DNA from: Tepidiformaceae bacterium
GTDB taxonomy: Bacteria > Chloroflexota > Dehalococcoidia > Tepidiformales > Tepidiformaceae
DNA: 35,182 nt
Assembly: GCA_036508775.1 (NCBI GenBank)
Contig: DATCGT010000257.1
Span: forward strand, 1-35,182
Reading direction: 5' to 3'
The notes under the pieces were generated by a model, which was not told the DNA's origin, made no database searches, and worked only from the letters and a program-made list of their open reading frames with translations. Below, one piece after another: positions 25,243-34,415 of this stretch; the first letter of the stretch is position 1, and each line of letters starts with the position of its first letter. The position numbers were made by a program, and so were the translations under genes.

Positions 25243-25405
25243 GGCACGTCCTCCTGCCGGGTCTCCGGGCACTCATGCCCGTTGGCGGGTTGTGTAAATA
25301 CACGGTACGGCATACGGGGCCTAAGCGGACCCACCCGATTGGATGGGTCGGATAGACCCGTTCGTTATCGCGCTGAGGTATCCCTCAGGGCCGGGATCCG
25401 GCACG

Positions 25406-27259
25406 ATGGATGTTATGCAGTCTCGCCGCGCCGACGTGCGCAACCTCGCCATCATCGCCCATGTTGACCACGGGAAGACAACCCTGGTTGATGCCCTCCT
25501 CAAGCAGTCCCACGTGTTCCGGGAAAACGAACAGGTTGGAACGCTGATCCTCGACTCGAATCCGTTGGAACGGGAGAAGGGGATCACGATCATGGCGAAG
25601 AACGCCGCGATCGAATTCAAGGGCGTCCGCATCAACATCATCGACACGCCCGGCCACGCGGACTTCGGGGGCGAGGTTGAGCGCGTCCTCAATATGGCCG
25701 ATGGCTGTCTCCTCCTCATCGACGCGGTCGAAGGGCCGATGCCCCAGACGAAGTTCGTCCTGCGCAAGGCGCTCGAGATCGGCCTCCACGCCATCGTCGT
25801 GGTCAACAAGATCGACCGGCCGAATGCGCGACTCGACGAAGTCGTACACGAGACCTCGAACCTCTTCTTGGACCTAGCGACGAAAGACCACCAGCTCGAT
25901 TTCCCTGTCCTGTACTCGAACGCACGAGACGGCTACGCGTCCACTGAGAAGGGCGTCACCTCGGGAACGATGCTGCCGCTGCTCGAAGCCATCGTTGAAC
26001 ACACGCCTCCGCCACTCTGCGACGGCGATGCCCCATTCCGGATGCTTGTCACCACAATGGCCTACGACAGCTACCGCGGTCGTACGGCCATCGGGCGCAT
26101 CACGGATGGCGCCGTCCATCCCTCAGATACGGTCATTCGCTTCAACCACGCGGGCGGGACGTCCCAGCATCGCGTAGCGCAGCTCTTCGGCTTCCAGGGC
26201 CTTGGGCGGATCGAACTGGACGAGGCCCGCGCCGGCGATATTGTCGCGATTACGGGCATTTCGGACATCCTGATCGGCGAGACACTCGCCGACCCGACGG
26301 TAACGGTACAGCTGCCGCCGATCGCGATCGAAGAGCCGGCGATGAAGATGACCTTCCGCGTAAATGACTCACCTTTCGCCGGGCGCGAGGGCCAGTTCGT
26401 CACCAGCCGCCAGCTTCGTGAGCGCCTCTTCCGGGAGATGGAGACGAACATCGCCCTCCGGATCGAGGAGGGCGAAACCGCCGATGCCTTCGTCGTGTCA
26501 GGCCGTGGTGAACTCCACCTCGCGATCCTCGTCGAGACTATGCGGCGCGAGGGCTACGAGTTCGCGGTCACCCGCCCCGAGGTCATCGTCCGGCACGGGC
26601 CGGACGGCCGCGAAGAGCCGTTTGAGCGGCTGTACGTCGAGGCCCCGGAGACCGCTACTGGCTTCCTCATCGAGACGTTGTCCGGCCGCAAGGCACAGAT
26701 GACGGGCATGCACAGCGACCACAGCGGGAACGTTCGTATCGACTTCGAGATGCCTACCCGCGGACTCATCGGGTTCCGCGATACGTTCATCAGTGGCACC
26801 GGCGGCGAGGGGATCATGAACACCGAATACCTCGGGTACAAGCCGTGGGCCGGCGAGATCGCGCGGTCGCGAAATGGGGCCCTGGTCGCGTCGGAGACCG
26901 GCACAGCGGTGAGCTTCGGCATCGCGAACGCGCAGGACAGGGGGATGATGTTCATCTCCCCGGGCGATGACGTCTACGTTGGAATGATCGTCGGGCTCCA
27001 TGCGAAGGACACCGACCTCGACGTGAACGTTTGCAGGACGAAACAGCTGACGAACATCCGAAGCTCAACCAGCGATATCGCGGTGAAGCTGATTCCGCCA
27101 TCGCCGCCAAGCCTGGAGCGAAGCCTTTCGCTTATCGGCGTGGACGAAATGGTGGAAGTGACACCAAAGTCGCTACGGCTCCGGAAGACCGAACTGAATC
27201 CGACGCTCAGGGCGCGCGAATCAAAGCGAGCACGCATGGCGGCCGCCGGGATCAGCTAA
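25406..27259 (+). CDS. typA: Translational GTPase TypA/BipA
   Basis: RNLAIIAHVDHGKTTLVD (G1), DTPGHADFGGEVER (G3), VVVNKIDR (G4), and an EF-G-like domain order with a TypA-specific C-terminus. I set the start at ATG 25406. ATG 25415 or the ORF-track start at 25343 are possible. Confidence 0.94.
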   Translation: MDVMQSRRADVRNLAIIAHVDHGKTTLVDALLKQSHVFRENEQVGTLILDSNPLEREKGITIMAKNAAIEFKGVRINIIDTPGHADFGGEVERVLNMADGCLLLIDAVEGPMPQTKFVLRKALEIGLHAIVVVNKIDRPNARLDEVVHETSNLFLDLATKDHQLDFPVLYSNARDGYASTEKGVTSGTMLPLLEAIVEHTPPPLCDGDAPFRMLVTTMAYDSYRGRTAIGRITDGAVHPSDTVIRFNHAGGTSQHRVAQLFGFQGLGRIELDEARAGDIVAITGISDILIGETLADPTVTVQLPPIAIEEPAMKMTFRVNDSPFAGREGQFVTSRQLRERLFREMETNIALRIEEGETADAFVVSGRGELHLAILVETMRREGYEFAVTRPEVIVRHGPDGREEPFERLYVEAPETATGFLIETLSGRKAQMTGMHSDHSGNVRIDFEMPTRGLIGFRDTFISGTGGEGIMNTEYLGYKPWAGEIARSRNGALVASETGTAVSFGIANAQDRGMMFISPGDDVYVGMIVGLHAKDTDLDVNVCRTKQLTNIRSSTSDIAVKLIPPSPPSLERSLSLIGVDEMVEVTPKSLRLRKTELNPTLRARESKRARMAAAGIS

Positions 27260-27265
27260 GGGCTC

Positions 27266-29119
27266 TCAGGGGCGCCCAAATTCTTCACGACGGTGGATGC
27301 TCAGCCCGAGCTCCATCTGTTCAATGACGGTCTCGGCCAGCTCAGTCACGCGGTCTGTGGGCAAGGCGGACATCCAGGCTTCGTTGGCTGCCTCCATAAC
27401 AGCCCTCGTTCCGAGCTTCTTCTCGGCCTCCGCCACCTGTTCGGTTATCGCAAGCTGATGCTGGATGGCGCGCTCCCGCAGGATGTAGCGGATCTTGTTC
27501 TGCGCTTCTTTCCGGGCCATGTCCGCCGTTAGCGGCGCGAACCGGCTCGCCTTCAGCCGCGCGCCGTGCATCGCCACAGGGTCCTCGCCCGGCGGCTCGT
27601 CGAAGTCGTGGCCGGTCATCCAGGCGTTGAAGAGCTCGCGGTCCAGGGCGTTGCTAAAGATCGTCGGCGGGAGGATGCGCAGGTCCGTCCGCAGTTCCGG
27701 ATGATGCAGCAACAGGACCAGCAGATGTTCCTCAGCGGTCGGGTCCAGGAGCTGCCCTCGTTCGCGTGGAGCAGGCGCGCGCCGGCCCTCGGCAGCGCGG
27801 GGGCGGATTCGATCGAGGATCGCAGACTCGCTGACGCCCAGGTGAGCCGCCACCCGCTGGATGTACATGCTCCGTTCTACGGGGTCGCGGACGGCGATGA
27901 GGACTGGCTTCAATCGATCGACGAGGCGGCGCGCTTCGAGGGGCGACTCTGGAGTCTCCGCACCCATGATGCGGTGCAGCAGGAAATCGGCGTAAGTGCT
28001 GGCGTTGTCGATTGCGTTCGCCCACGCAGCCGGGTTCTCGCGGGCGACCTCGTCGGGATCCTTCCCGGCAGGTAGCGGCGCGACGCGGAGTTCCAGTTCG
28101 GTGTTCGCGACGAAGGCATCAGCAGAGCGCGCGGACTGAGCCATCTTCTCCGGCGAATCGAGGGCAATGAAGAGCCCTCCGGCGCGCTCAGCGGCGGCCA
28201 GACCGGCGGCGTCGGGGTCCATAGCCAACACGACGCGACGGGCGTAGCGCCGGAGGATGCCAGCGTGCTGCTCGGTCAGGGAGGTGCCCATGGTGGCCAC
28301 CACGTTGTGGAAGCCGGCCTGCCACGGGCCCATGACGTCCATGTACCCTTCGACCACAACCACGGTCCCCGCTTCCTTGATGGCAGGTCCCGCGAGGTGG
28401 AGGCCGAAAAGGGTGCGTCCTTTATCGAAGAGCTCGGACTGGGGGGAGTTGAGGTACTTCGGTTCCTCGCCGTGGACGCCGCGACCGCCCATGCCGACGA
28501 AGACGCCGCGGTCGTCGGCGATAGGGATGGTGACCCGGCCCCGGAAGCGGTCGTAGGGCTGGCTCCCCGACTCGCTCTCGACCAGCAGACCGGAGGCGAG
28601 AATGTCGGACTCCTCGTAGCCTCGGCCTTCGAGGTAGTCGCGCAGGCCACGCCACTCGTCCGGCGCCCAGCCGAGGCGGAAGGCGTCAATTGCCTCCTGC
28701 CTGAGTCCGCGCTTCTCCACGAGGTATTCACGGGCGTCAGCGCCCTCAGGAGCGGCCAGGCGGTGCTGATAGTAGTCGACCGCAGCCGAGACGATCGATG
28801 CCAGCCTGTCGTGGCGGGTTCGCTTCTGGGCCGACTCCGCGGTCAGTTCCACGCCGGCCTCGGCGGCCAGCACCTTCATCGCATCGCGGAACTCGATGTT
28901 GTCGCGCTTCTGGACGAAGGAGAAGAGATCGCCGCCCTCGCCGCAGCTCCCGAAACAGCGCCAGGTGCCACGGTCCGGGAAGACATAAAACGATGGCGTC
29001 TTTTCCGTGTGGAACGGGCAAAGGCCGCGAAAGTTCCGCCCGGCCTTTTGCAGGCGGGTTGAACGCCCGATGTAGTCCACCGGGTCGAGGCGTGACTTGA
29101 TTTCGGCTACGGGGTCCAT
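27266..29119 (-). CDS. dnaG: DNA primase
   Basis: 617 aa. Zinc ribbon CPFHTEKTPSFYVFPDRGTWRCFGSCGEGGD, an RNA polymerase core, and Toprim VVVEGYMDV ... LAMDPDAAG. Convergent with typA, with a 6-nt gap. Confidence 0.94.
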   Translation of the reverse strand: MDPVAEIKSRLDPVDYIGRSTRLQKAGRNFRGLCPFHTEKTPSFYVFPDRGTWRCFGSCGEGGDLFSFVQKRDNIEFRDAMKVLAAEAGVELTAESAQKRTRHDRLASIVSAAVDYYQHRLAAPEGADAREYLVEKRGLRQEAIDAFRLGWAPDEWRGLRDYLEGRGYEESDILASGLLVESESGSQPYDRFRGRVTIPIADDRGVFVGMGGRGVHGEEPKYLNSPQSELFDKGRTLFGLHLAGPAIKEAGTVVVVEGYMDVMGPWQAGFHNVVATMGTSLTEQHAGILRRYARRVVLAMDPDAAGLAAAERAGGLFIALDSPEKMAQSARSADAFVANTELELRVAPLPAGKDPDEVARENPAAWANAIDNASTYADFLLHRIMGAETPESPLEARRLVDRLKPVLIAVRDPVERSMYIQRVAAHLGVSESAILDRIRPRAAEGRRAPAPRERGQLLDPTAEEHLLVLLLHHPELRTDLRILPPTIFSNALDRELFNAWMTGHDFDEPPGEDPVAMHGARLKASRFAPLTADMARKEAQNKIRYILRERAIQHQLAITEQVAEAEKKLGTRAVMEAANEAWMSALPTDRVTELAETVIEQMELGLSIHRREEFGRP

Positions 29120-29196
29120 CTGGGTTTGATACTACCGAATTTGGAGCACGTGGACGCCCGACCGGATGAATCCGCACAGACGGGCGGCATTACCGT

Positions 29197-30711
29197 CTAG
29201 TTGACCGTGAATGGGTATGGAGGACTCACGGACTGGCCGCTAATCAAGAAGATCTGCACCGTCGCCGGCCCGGCAGGCGGCTTCTGCACCGAGACCGGAT
29301 AAGACTGCCCCTTCACGAGCGCCATCGTCACTTGTTGATCGATGGTCGTCGTACCAAACGTCTCGCGCACGACGACAGTGGTGCTCTTCAGTTCGCCGCC
29401 CGCGTTGGTGATGGTGACGTTCACCTGAGTTCCCGAGACGACCGCCGCGGTGATGACGAGGTTGTAAGGCTCGACCGCTGGCTGCAACACGAAGGTGGCG
29501 GTGTTGTTGTCGCGGTTGGTCTCGGGTATTGCCTGGTCGGGGTCGATCTGGACCTTCGCGCTCGCCTGAGCCGTAATCGGCGACGAAAGAACGAAGTCGA
29601 CCGTCGTTGACCCATTTGCGGGAATACTCACGTTGAAGGCCTGTTTTGCGGGACTCACGGGGACACCAGTAACGCTGACCACGAGGGCGCCAGCATAGAC
29701 GTTGTTGGCAAAGTTGCCGATTGTTACGCGCAGCCGGGTGCCGTCGGGAGTAAGTATCGCGTTCGTCGGTGCGAAATCGGGGGCGTTCGGGATGGCGGTC
29801 GCCGACGGGCTGGCTGTGGGCGAAGGGGATGCCACGGCGGAAGGCCCGGGCGTAGGGGTGGCGGATCGAACAGGGACCAGCGCGAGCGAATCCTGCTCCT
29901 GGATTGCGTCTCTCTTCACCCAACTGGGTTCGGGGCCACCGATATCGACGAGGAGCCAGGTGACGTCAGCCGTCTTGCCGACGATGTTCACGGTCTCGCC
30001 GGCGTTGAGCTGACGGACGCTGTCGGCGTTGTCGCTCGGCGCCACGCGGGCAATCGTCGGGGTGATCACTTTCCCGGCCACGGAGACAGGACGGTCACCA
30101 ATCTGTTCGACGGCATGGAGCACGACTTTGGTCGAATCTTTGGTGGCAGTTGAAGCGGCCGTTACACGAACGTAGATCGTGTAGTCGCCCTTGCTCGTGA
30201 GATTCAGTTTGAAGCTAGCCCGGTAGATGCCATCGGCCGGGGCATCGGTCGGATCCGTCTCATCGACCAGACGATCATTTACATAAAGCTGGATCCGGGT
30301 AATCGCCTCGGTGGCCTTCGCCTGAACTGAGACCGCCTGGTCCGTGCCTACGACGATGGTCTGGTTTGTCAGAGGCTGGTCGATCTGGACGTTAAATCCG
30401 ATTGTCGCCGTCTTCGGGCTGCTCCCACCACTGTGGACGAAGGAGAAGACCAGGAACGCAAGGACGACGAGGACTACGCCCGCGAGCGCAATGAACACGT
30501 AGAACATCGGCTGCCGCACCGGCGGCTCGCCGTAGTAGCCGTCGTCAGACTCACCGTCGTCTTCGTATTCGTCACCATCGTAGTCGTCTTCCCAAATCGG
30601 CTCGTCGCCGATGGCAGACCCTACGGGTGCAGGAGCGTCGGGAGAAGATGGAGAAGGACCGCCGCCGATGATCGGTTCGTCGGGCGGAAAGCCCCCGTAG
30701 TGTTCACTCAT
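29197..30711 (-). CDS. Single-pass membrane protein with acidic cytoplasmic tail, Ig-like, SH3b and two CARDB-like domains
   Basis: 504 aa. The N-terminus is rich in D/E/Y/G/P, followed by a TM helix (MFYVFIALAGVVLVVLAFLVFSFV). SH3b-like segment (IARVAPSDNADSVRQLNAGETVNIVGKTADVTWLLVD...SWVKRDAI). CARDB hallmark (...IDPDQAIPETNRDNNTATFVL). Confidence 0.65.
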   Translation of the reverse strand: MSEHYGGFPPDEPIIGGGPSPSSPDAPAPVGSAIGDEPIWEDDYDGDEYEDDGESDDGYYGEPPVRQPMFYVFIALAGVVLVVLAFLVFSFVHSGGSSPKTATIGFNVQIDQPLTNQTIVVGTDQAVSVQAKATEAITRIQLYVNDRLVDETDPTDAPADGIYRASFKLNLTSKGDYTIYVRVTAASTATKDSTKVVLHAVEQIGDRPVSVAGKVITPTIARVAPSDNADSVRQLNAGETVNIVGKTADVTWLLVDIGGPEPSWVKRDAIQEQDSLALVPVRSATPTPGPSAVASPSPTASPSATAIPNAPDFAPTNAILTPDGTRLRVTIGNFANNVYAGALVVSVTGVPVSPAKQAFNVSIPANGSTTVDFVLSSPITAQASAKVQIDPDQAIPETNRDNNTATFVLQPAVEPYNLVITAAVVSGTQVNVTITNAGGELKSTTVVVRETFGTTTIDQQVTMALVKGQSYPVSVQKPPAGPATVQIFLISGQSVSPPYPFTVN

Positions 30712-30809
30712 ACGAATTCCGACACGACACTAGGCCGATTATCCGGGCCGCTCGGGGTAAGGGGCAACCGCAGGCGCAGGCGCAGAGGGTCGGGACCGGT
30801 ATTGCGGCT

Positions 30810-31874
30810 TTACCGCGACGCCCAGCGTTCCGCATCCGGGCAGCCCAGTTCCGCCGCCAGGCGGATGGCATAGCGATCAGTCATACCGCTGACAAAATCG
30901 GCGGCACGGCGTTCGACGGGGTCTGAGGCGAGGGAGTAGTCGCGGGAGATGCCTCCCGGGTTAGACACGAAGTGGCGAAAGAGAAACATCACGACCTGCT
31001 TCCCTTCTTCCGCCTCGCGCCGCGTCGTGTCGTAATAGTAGACGCGCCGGAACATGAACTCGCGGAGTTCGTTGGCAACGGCCGCAATCCGCGGGCTGAG
31101 ACGGATGACGGGCTCAGCCACCCCACGTACCTCGCCAGTCGCGGCCCAACTCGTCTCGACAATGTCGCAGATCAGAGTGTTGATGCGCTCGCTGTGGCTG
31201 GTACCAAGCTCACTTCGCGTGCTGTCCGGGAGATCGTCCTCGGTGATGATTCCCGCACGGATGCCGTCGAGGATGTCGTGGTTGATATAGGCGATGGCAT
31301 CCGCGGTCTTCACGACCTGTCCTTCAAGGGTCGCGGGGACACCCCAACCCTCAGCGAAGATGTCCTCGCGGACTTTGCTCGACTTTCCGATTGCGTCGAG
31401 GACCTCCCACGTCAGGTTCAAACCATTGCCGTTGTTCTCCAGGACGTCGAGTACGCGGACCGACTGAAAGTTGTGCCGAAAACCCTCGGGGAGGCACTCA
31501 GCCAGCGCTTCTTCACCCGCGTGACCGAAGGGGCCGTGGCCCATGTCGTGGCCAAGGGAGGCGGCTTCGGCGAGGTCCTCATTCAGGTTCAGTGCGCGTG
31601 CAATCGTCCGGGCTACCTGTGCCACCTCGAGCGTGTGGGTGAGGCGGGTGACGTAGTGATCACCGGCTGGCGCGATGAAGACCTGGGTCTTGTGCTTGAG
31701 GCGGCGAAACGCCTTCGTGTGGATGATCCGGTCGCGGTCGCGCTGGTAGGCGGTCCGGAGCGGAGATGGCTCCTCAACCACGCGCCGGCCGCGGCTCGTT
31801 GAGGTCTTCGCGGCGAAGGGACTCAGTGTCTCCTCCGCCGCTTCCAACCGTTCTCGAACGACGTTCAGATCCAT
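30810..31874 (-). CDS. dgt: dGTP triphosphohydrolase-like HD-domain protein
   Basis: 354 aa with RTAYQRDRDRIIHTKAFRRLKHKTQVF, THTLEVAQVARTIA and GHDMGHGPFGHAGE. Confidence 0.9.
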   Translation of the reverse strand: MDLNVVRERLEAAEETLSPFAAKTSTSRGRRVVEEPSPLRTAYQRDRDRIIHTKAFRRLKHKTQVFIAPAGDHYVTRLTHTLEVAQVARTIARALNLNEDLAEAASLGHDMGHGPFGHAGEEALAECLPEGFRHNFQSVRVLDVLENNGNGLNLTWEVLDAIGKSSKVREDIFAEGWGVPATLEGQVVKTADAIAYINHDILDGIRAGIITEDDLPDSTRSELGTSHSERINTLICDIVETSWAATGEVRGVAEPVIRLSPRIAAVANELREFMFRRVYYYDTTRREAEEGKQVVMFLFRHFVSNPGGISRDYSLASDPVERRAADFVSGMTDRYAIRLAAELGCPDAERWASR

Positions 31875-31918
31875 TCAGGCCGATTGTACGGCAGGATCAA
31901 CGTCATCTCGTGTCGCCG

Positions 31919-34213
31919 TTAGGCGTACCCCTTCGGGGCCCGTCCAAGCTTCGCTTCGGCGTTGGCGATGATTTCGCGCGTGCGGTCGATCATGTCCGGG
32001 CTAACGCTCACGCTCGTGATACCCCATTCGACGAGCTTCTCGGTGATCTCCGGGTAGACGCTCGGAGCCTGGCCACAGATGCCCACGGTGATGCCGCGCC
32101 GCCGGCCGACGTTCACAGCGGTCTGGATCGCCGACATGACGGCTTCGTCGCGCTCGTCGAACGTGGCCGCGAGCGCGTCGCTGTCGCGGTCGACGCCAAG
32201 GACCAACTGGGTCAGGTCGTTTGAACCGATCGAGACGCCGTCGATACCCACGTCGATGAACTTGTCCATGATGATCACGTTCGAGGGGATCTCGACCATC
32301 ATCCAGAGCTTGAAATCGTCGCCACGGACGAGGCCGTGCTCGGCGAGCAACTGCTTGACACCCTTGAGTTCAGCCGGCGTTCGGCAGAACGGCACCATCA
32401 CGTAGAGGTTCGTGAACTCTCGGCGCACCTGCTTGATCGCATTGACTTCCATCGCGAATATCTCGGGCTCGCGAATATACCGGCTGGCACCGCGGAAGCC
32501 GATCATCGGGTTCTCTTCGGTCGGCTCGTACTCCGCGCCGCCCTTGAGGTTAGCGTATTCGTTCGTCTTGAAATCGGTGAGCCGATAGACGACGGGGCGT
32601 GGCGCGAAGGCTCGGCAGAACTCTGTTATCCCCGCGGCCATCTGCTTCGTGTACTCTTCCGGCCGCCCCTCTTCGATGAACTTCCGAGGGTGGACACCGA
32701 TCTGGGCAACGATGAACTCGGCGCGCAGGAGGCCAACACCGTCGACGTGACGGGCGGCGACTCGTTCAGCGAGTTCCGGCTCGGCGAGGTTCACGTAGAG
32801 CTTCGTAGTCGTCCGCAGCGTGGCGGCAGATGCGTAGCGCTCCTTCTGGCGCTCGGCCCAGGCGAGGCGCATCTCAGCGCGGCCGTCGTAGATGTCGCCG
32901 ATCGAACCGTCGACAGTGACGTTCTGGTCCATCTGGAGGATCTTGATCGCGTCGGATGCCCCGACCACACAGGGGATGCCGAGTTCGCGGCTGACGATCG
33001 CGGCGTGGCAGGTGCGCCCACCGCGCTCGGTGATGATTGCGGAGGCGCGCTTCATCGCCGGGACGAAGTCCGGCGTCGTCATTTGGGCGACGAGGATGTC
33101 GCCCTGACGGACCGCGTCGATCTTGCTGGGGTCGAGGACGATGCGCACGGAGCCGTAGCCAACGCCTGGGCTGGCTGGCTGCCCTTTCAGGAGGACAGGG
33201 ACGGTTTCTTCTTCGCCCTCATCCTCGCCGTGGTCGCGCATGGTGGTGACGGGACGGGCCTGCGTGAGGTAGAACTTGCCGCCCTCGTACGCCCATTCGA
33301 TGTCCTGGTGGGCGCCGCCGTAGTGCTCTTCGACGGCGCGGCCGATGCGGGCGAGTTCGCGGATGTCGGCATCGGTCAGCTTGGGCCTGTCAGTCAGGGC
33401 TGGTGGTACGGGTACCCAGGCGTTCGCGCCCTCGTGGCTGCCGTCTGAATCCGCGGCGCGAACAATCATCTTGGGCTGGGAAACCGTGGTCTGCGAAATG
33501 ATCCGAAGGGATTCCTTTTCAACGATGTAGAGGTCTGGGGAGACTTCGCCAGAGACGATTGCCTCACCGAGGCCGTAAACCGCCTCGATCGTGATCTTGG
33601 AAGCATCGGAGGTCACCGGTTCGACGGTGAACATGACGCCGGACTTCTCGGACTGGACCATCCGTTGCACGGGAACGGCGAGGCCGACCTTGAGGTGGTC
33701 GTAGCCCGCTTCCTCGCGGTAGAAGATGGCACGTGCTTCGTAGAGCGAAGCCCAGCACGCCTGGACGGCGCGGACGACGTTGTCGGGGCCCACGACGTTC
33801 AGGAAAGTGCTCTGCTGGCCAGCGAAGCTCGCCTCAGGCAGGTCTTCAGCCGTGGCCGAACTGCGCACCGCGACGGCGCCCTCACCGAGCTGGCGATAGG
33901 CCTCGCGAATCTCGGTCGCGACATGCTCCGGCATCTTCGCGTCGAGGATGCGCTGGCGGATGAGGGCCGCGCGTTCGTTCAGGGCTTTCGAATCCTGGAC
34001 ATCAAGATTGAACAGGTCCTTCTTGATGAGGGGCTCGAGGGCGTTCTCCTGGATGAAGCGGAAATAGGTATCCGCGGTTACAACGAAGCCCGGGGGTACC
34101 GGGATGGAGGCCCGAGTCAACTCCCCGAGGTTTGCGCCCTTGCCTCCGACGAGGCCCAGATCTTCACGTCCAACTTCTGTAAACCACACGACCGACCGGG
34201 TTATGCTAATCAT
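31919..34213 (-). CDS. ppsA: Phosphoenolpyruvate synthase (pyruvate, water dikinase)
   Basis: VVWFTEVGREDLGLVGGKGANLGEL (ATP-grasp N-terminus), GGRTCHAAIVSRELGIPCVVG (phosphohistidine domain), and a PEP-utilising TIM barrel (...DGVSIGSNDLTQL...). I set the start at ATG 34213, with GGAGGT 9 nt upstream. The ORF-track start at 34297 adds 28 Arg-rich codons. Confidence 0.93.
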   Translation of the reverse strand: MISITRSVVWFTEVGREDLGLVGGKGANLGELTRASIPVPPGFVVTADTYFRFIQENALEPLIKKDLFNLDVQDSKALNERAALIRQRILDAKMPEHVATEIREAYRQLGEGAVAVRSSATAEDLPEASFAGQQSTFLNVVGPDNVVRAVQACWASLYEARAIFYREEAGYDHLKVGLAVPVQRMVQSEKSGVMFTVEPVTSDASKITIEAVYGLGEAIVSGEVSPDLYIVEKESLRIISQTTVSQPKMIVRAADSDGSHEGANAWVPVPPALTDRPKLTDADIRELARIGRAVEEHYGGAHQDIEWAYEGGKFYLTQARPVTTMRDHGEDEGEEETVPVLLKGQPASPGVGYGSVRIVLDPSKIDAVRQGDILVAQMTTPDFVPAMKRASAIITERGGRTCHAAIVSRELGIPCVVGASDAIKILQMDQNVTVDGSIGDIYDGRAEMRLAWAERQKERYASAATLRTTTKLYVNLAEPELAERVAARHVDGVGLLRAEFIVAQIGVHPRKFIEEGRPEEYTKQMAAGITEFCRAFAPRPVVYRLTDFKTNEYANLKGGAEYEPTEENPMIGFRGASRYIREPEIFAMEVNAIKQVRREFTNLYVMVPFCRTPAELKGVKQLLAEHGLVRGDDFKLWMMVEIPSNVIIMDKFIDVGIDGVSIGSNDLTQLVLGVDRDSDALAATFDERDEAVMSAIQTAVNVGRRRGITVGICGQAPSVYPEITEKLVEWGITSVSVSPDMIDRTREIIANAEAKLGRAPKGYA

Positions 34214-34268
34214 GCGCTCTATACCTCCGGCTACGTTGTATACGGACCGTCGATAGCTCGGTCGCCTG

Positions 34269-34296
34269 ATTATATCGTGCGAACCGCGGCCGTCCA
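34269..34296 (-). promoter_or_regulatory. Candidate promoter of ppsA
   Basis: The minus strand reads TGGACG - 16 nt - TATAAT. The -10 box ends about 55 nt upstream of the ppsA ATG. It lies in the unusually A/T-rich glmS-ppsA spacer. Confidence 0.35.
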
Positions 34297-34415
34297 CATC
34301 GAATTGTGCCGCCCCATGGATGCCGAGAACCTGAAACGGTATCGGCAGAAAGTATCTTCACCTGGCCGACCCGGCTATGGCCGAGCGGACCATCACAAAC
34401 GACCGAAAGACTCAT

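Noticed and set aside
30769-30785. Short tandem repeat CGCAGG CGCAGG CGCAG in the dgt / membrane-protein spacer
   Set aside because: There are only about 2.8 copies of a 6-mer with no flanking structure. This is too small to call a repeat element.
34206-34415. 69-aa minus-strand ORF exactly filling the glmS-ppsA spacer (its ATG abuts the glmS stop)
   Set aside because: Roughly half of its third codon positions are A/T, unlike every convincing gene here. It contains the TATAAT promoter-like box for ppsA, and the product is Arg-rich. It is more likely non-coding promoter and leader DNA.
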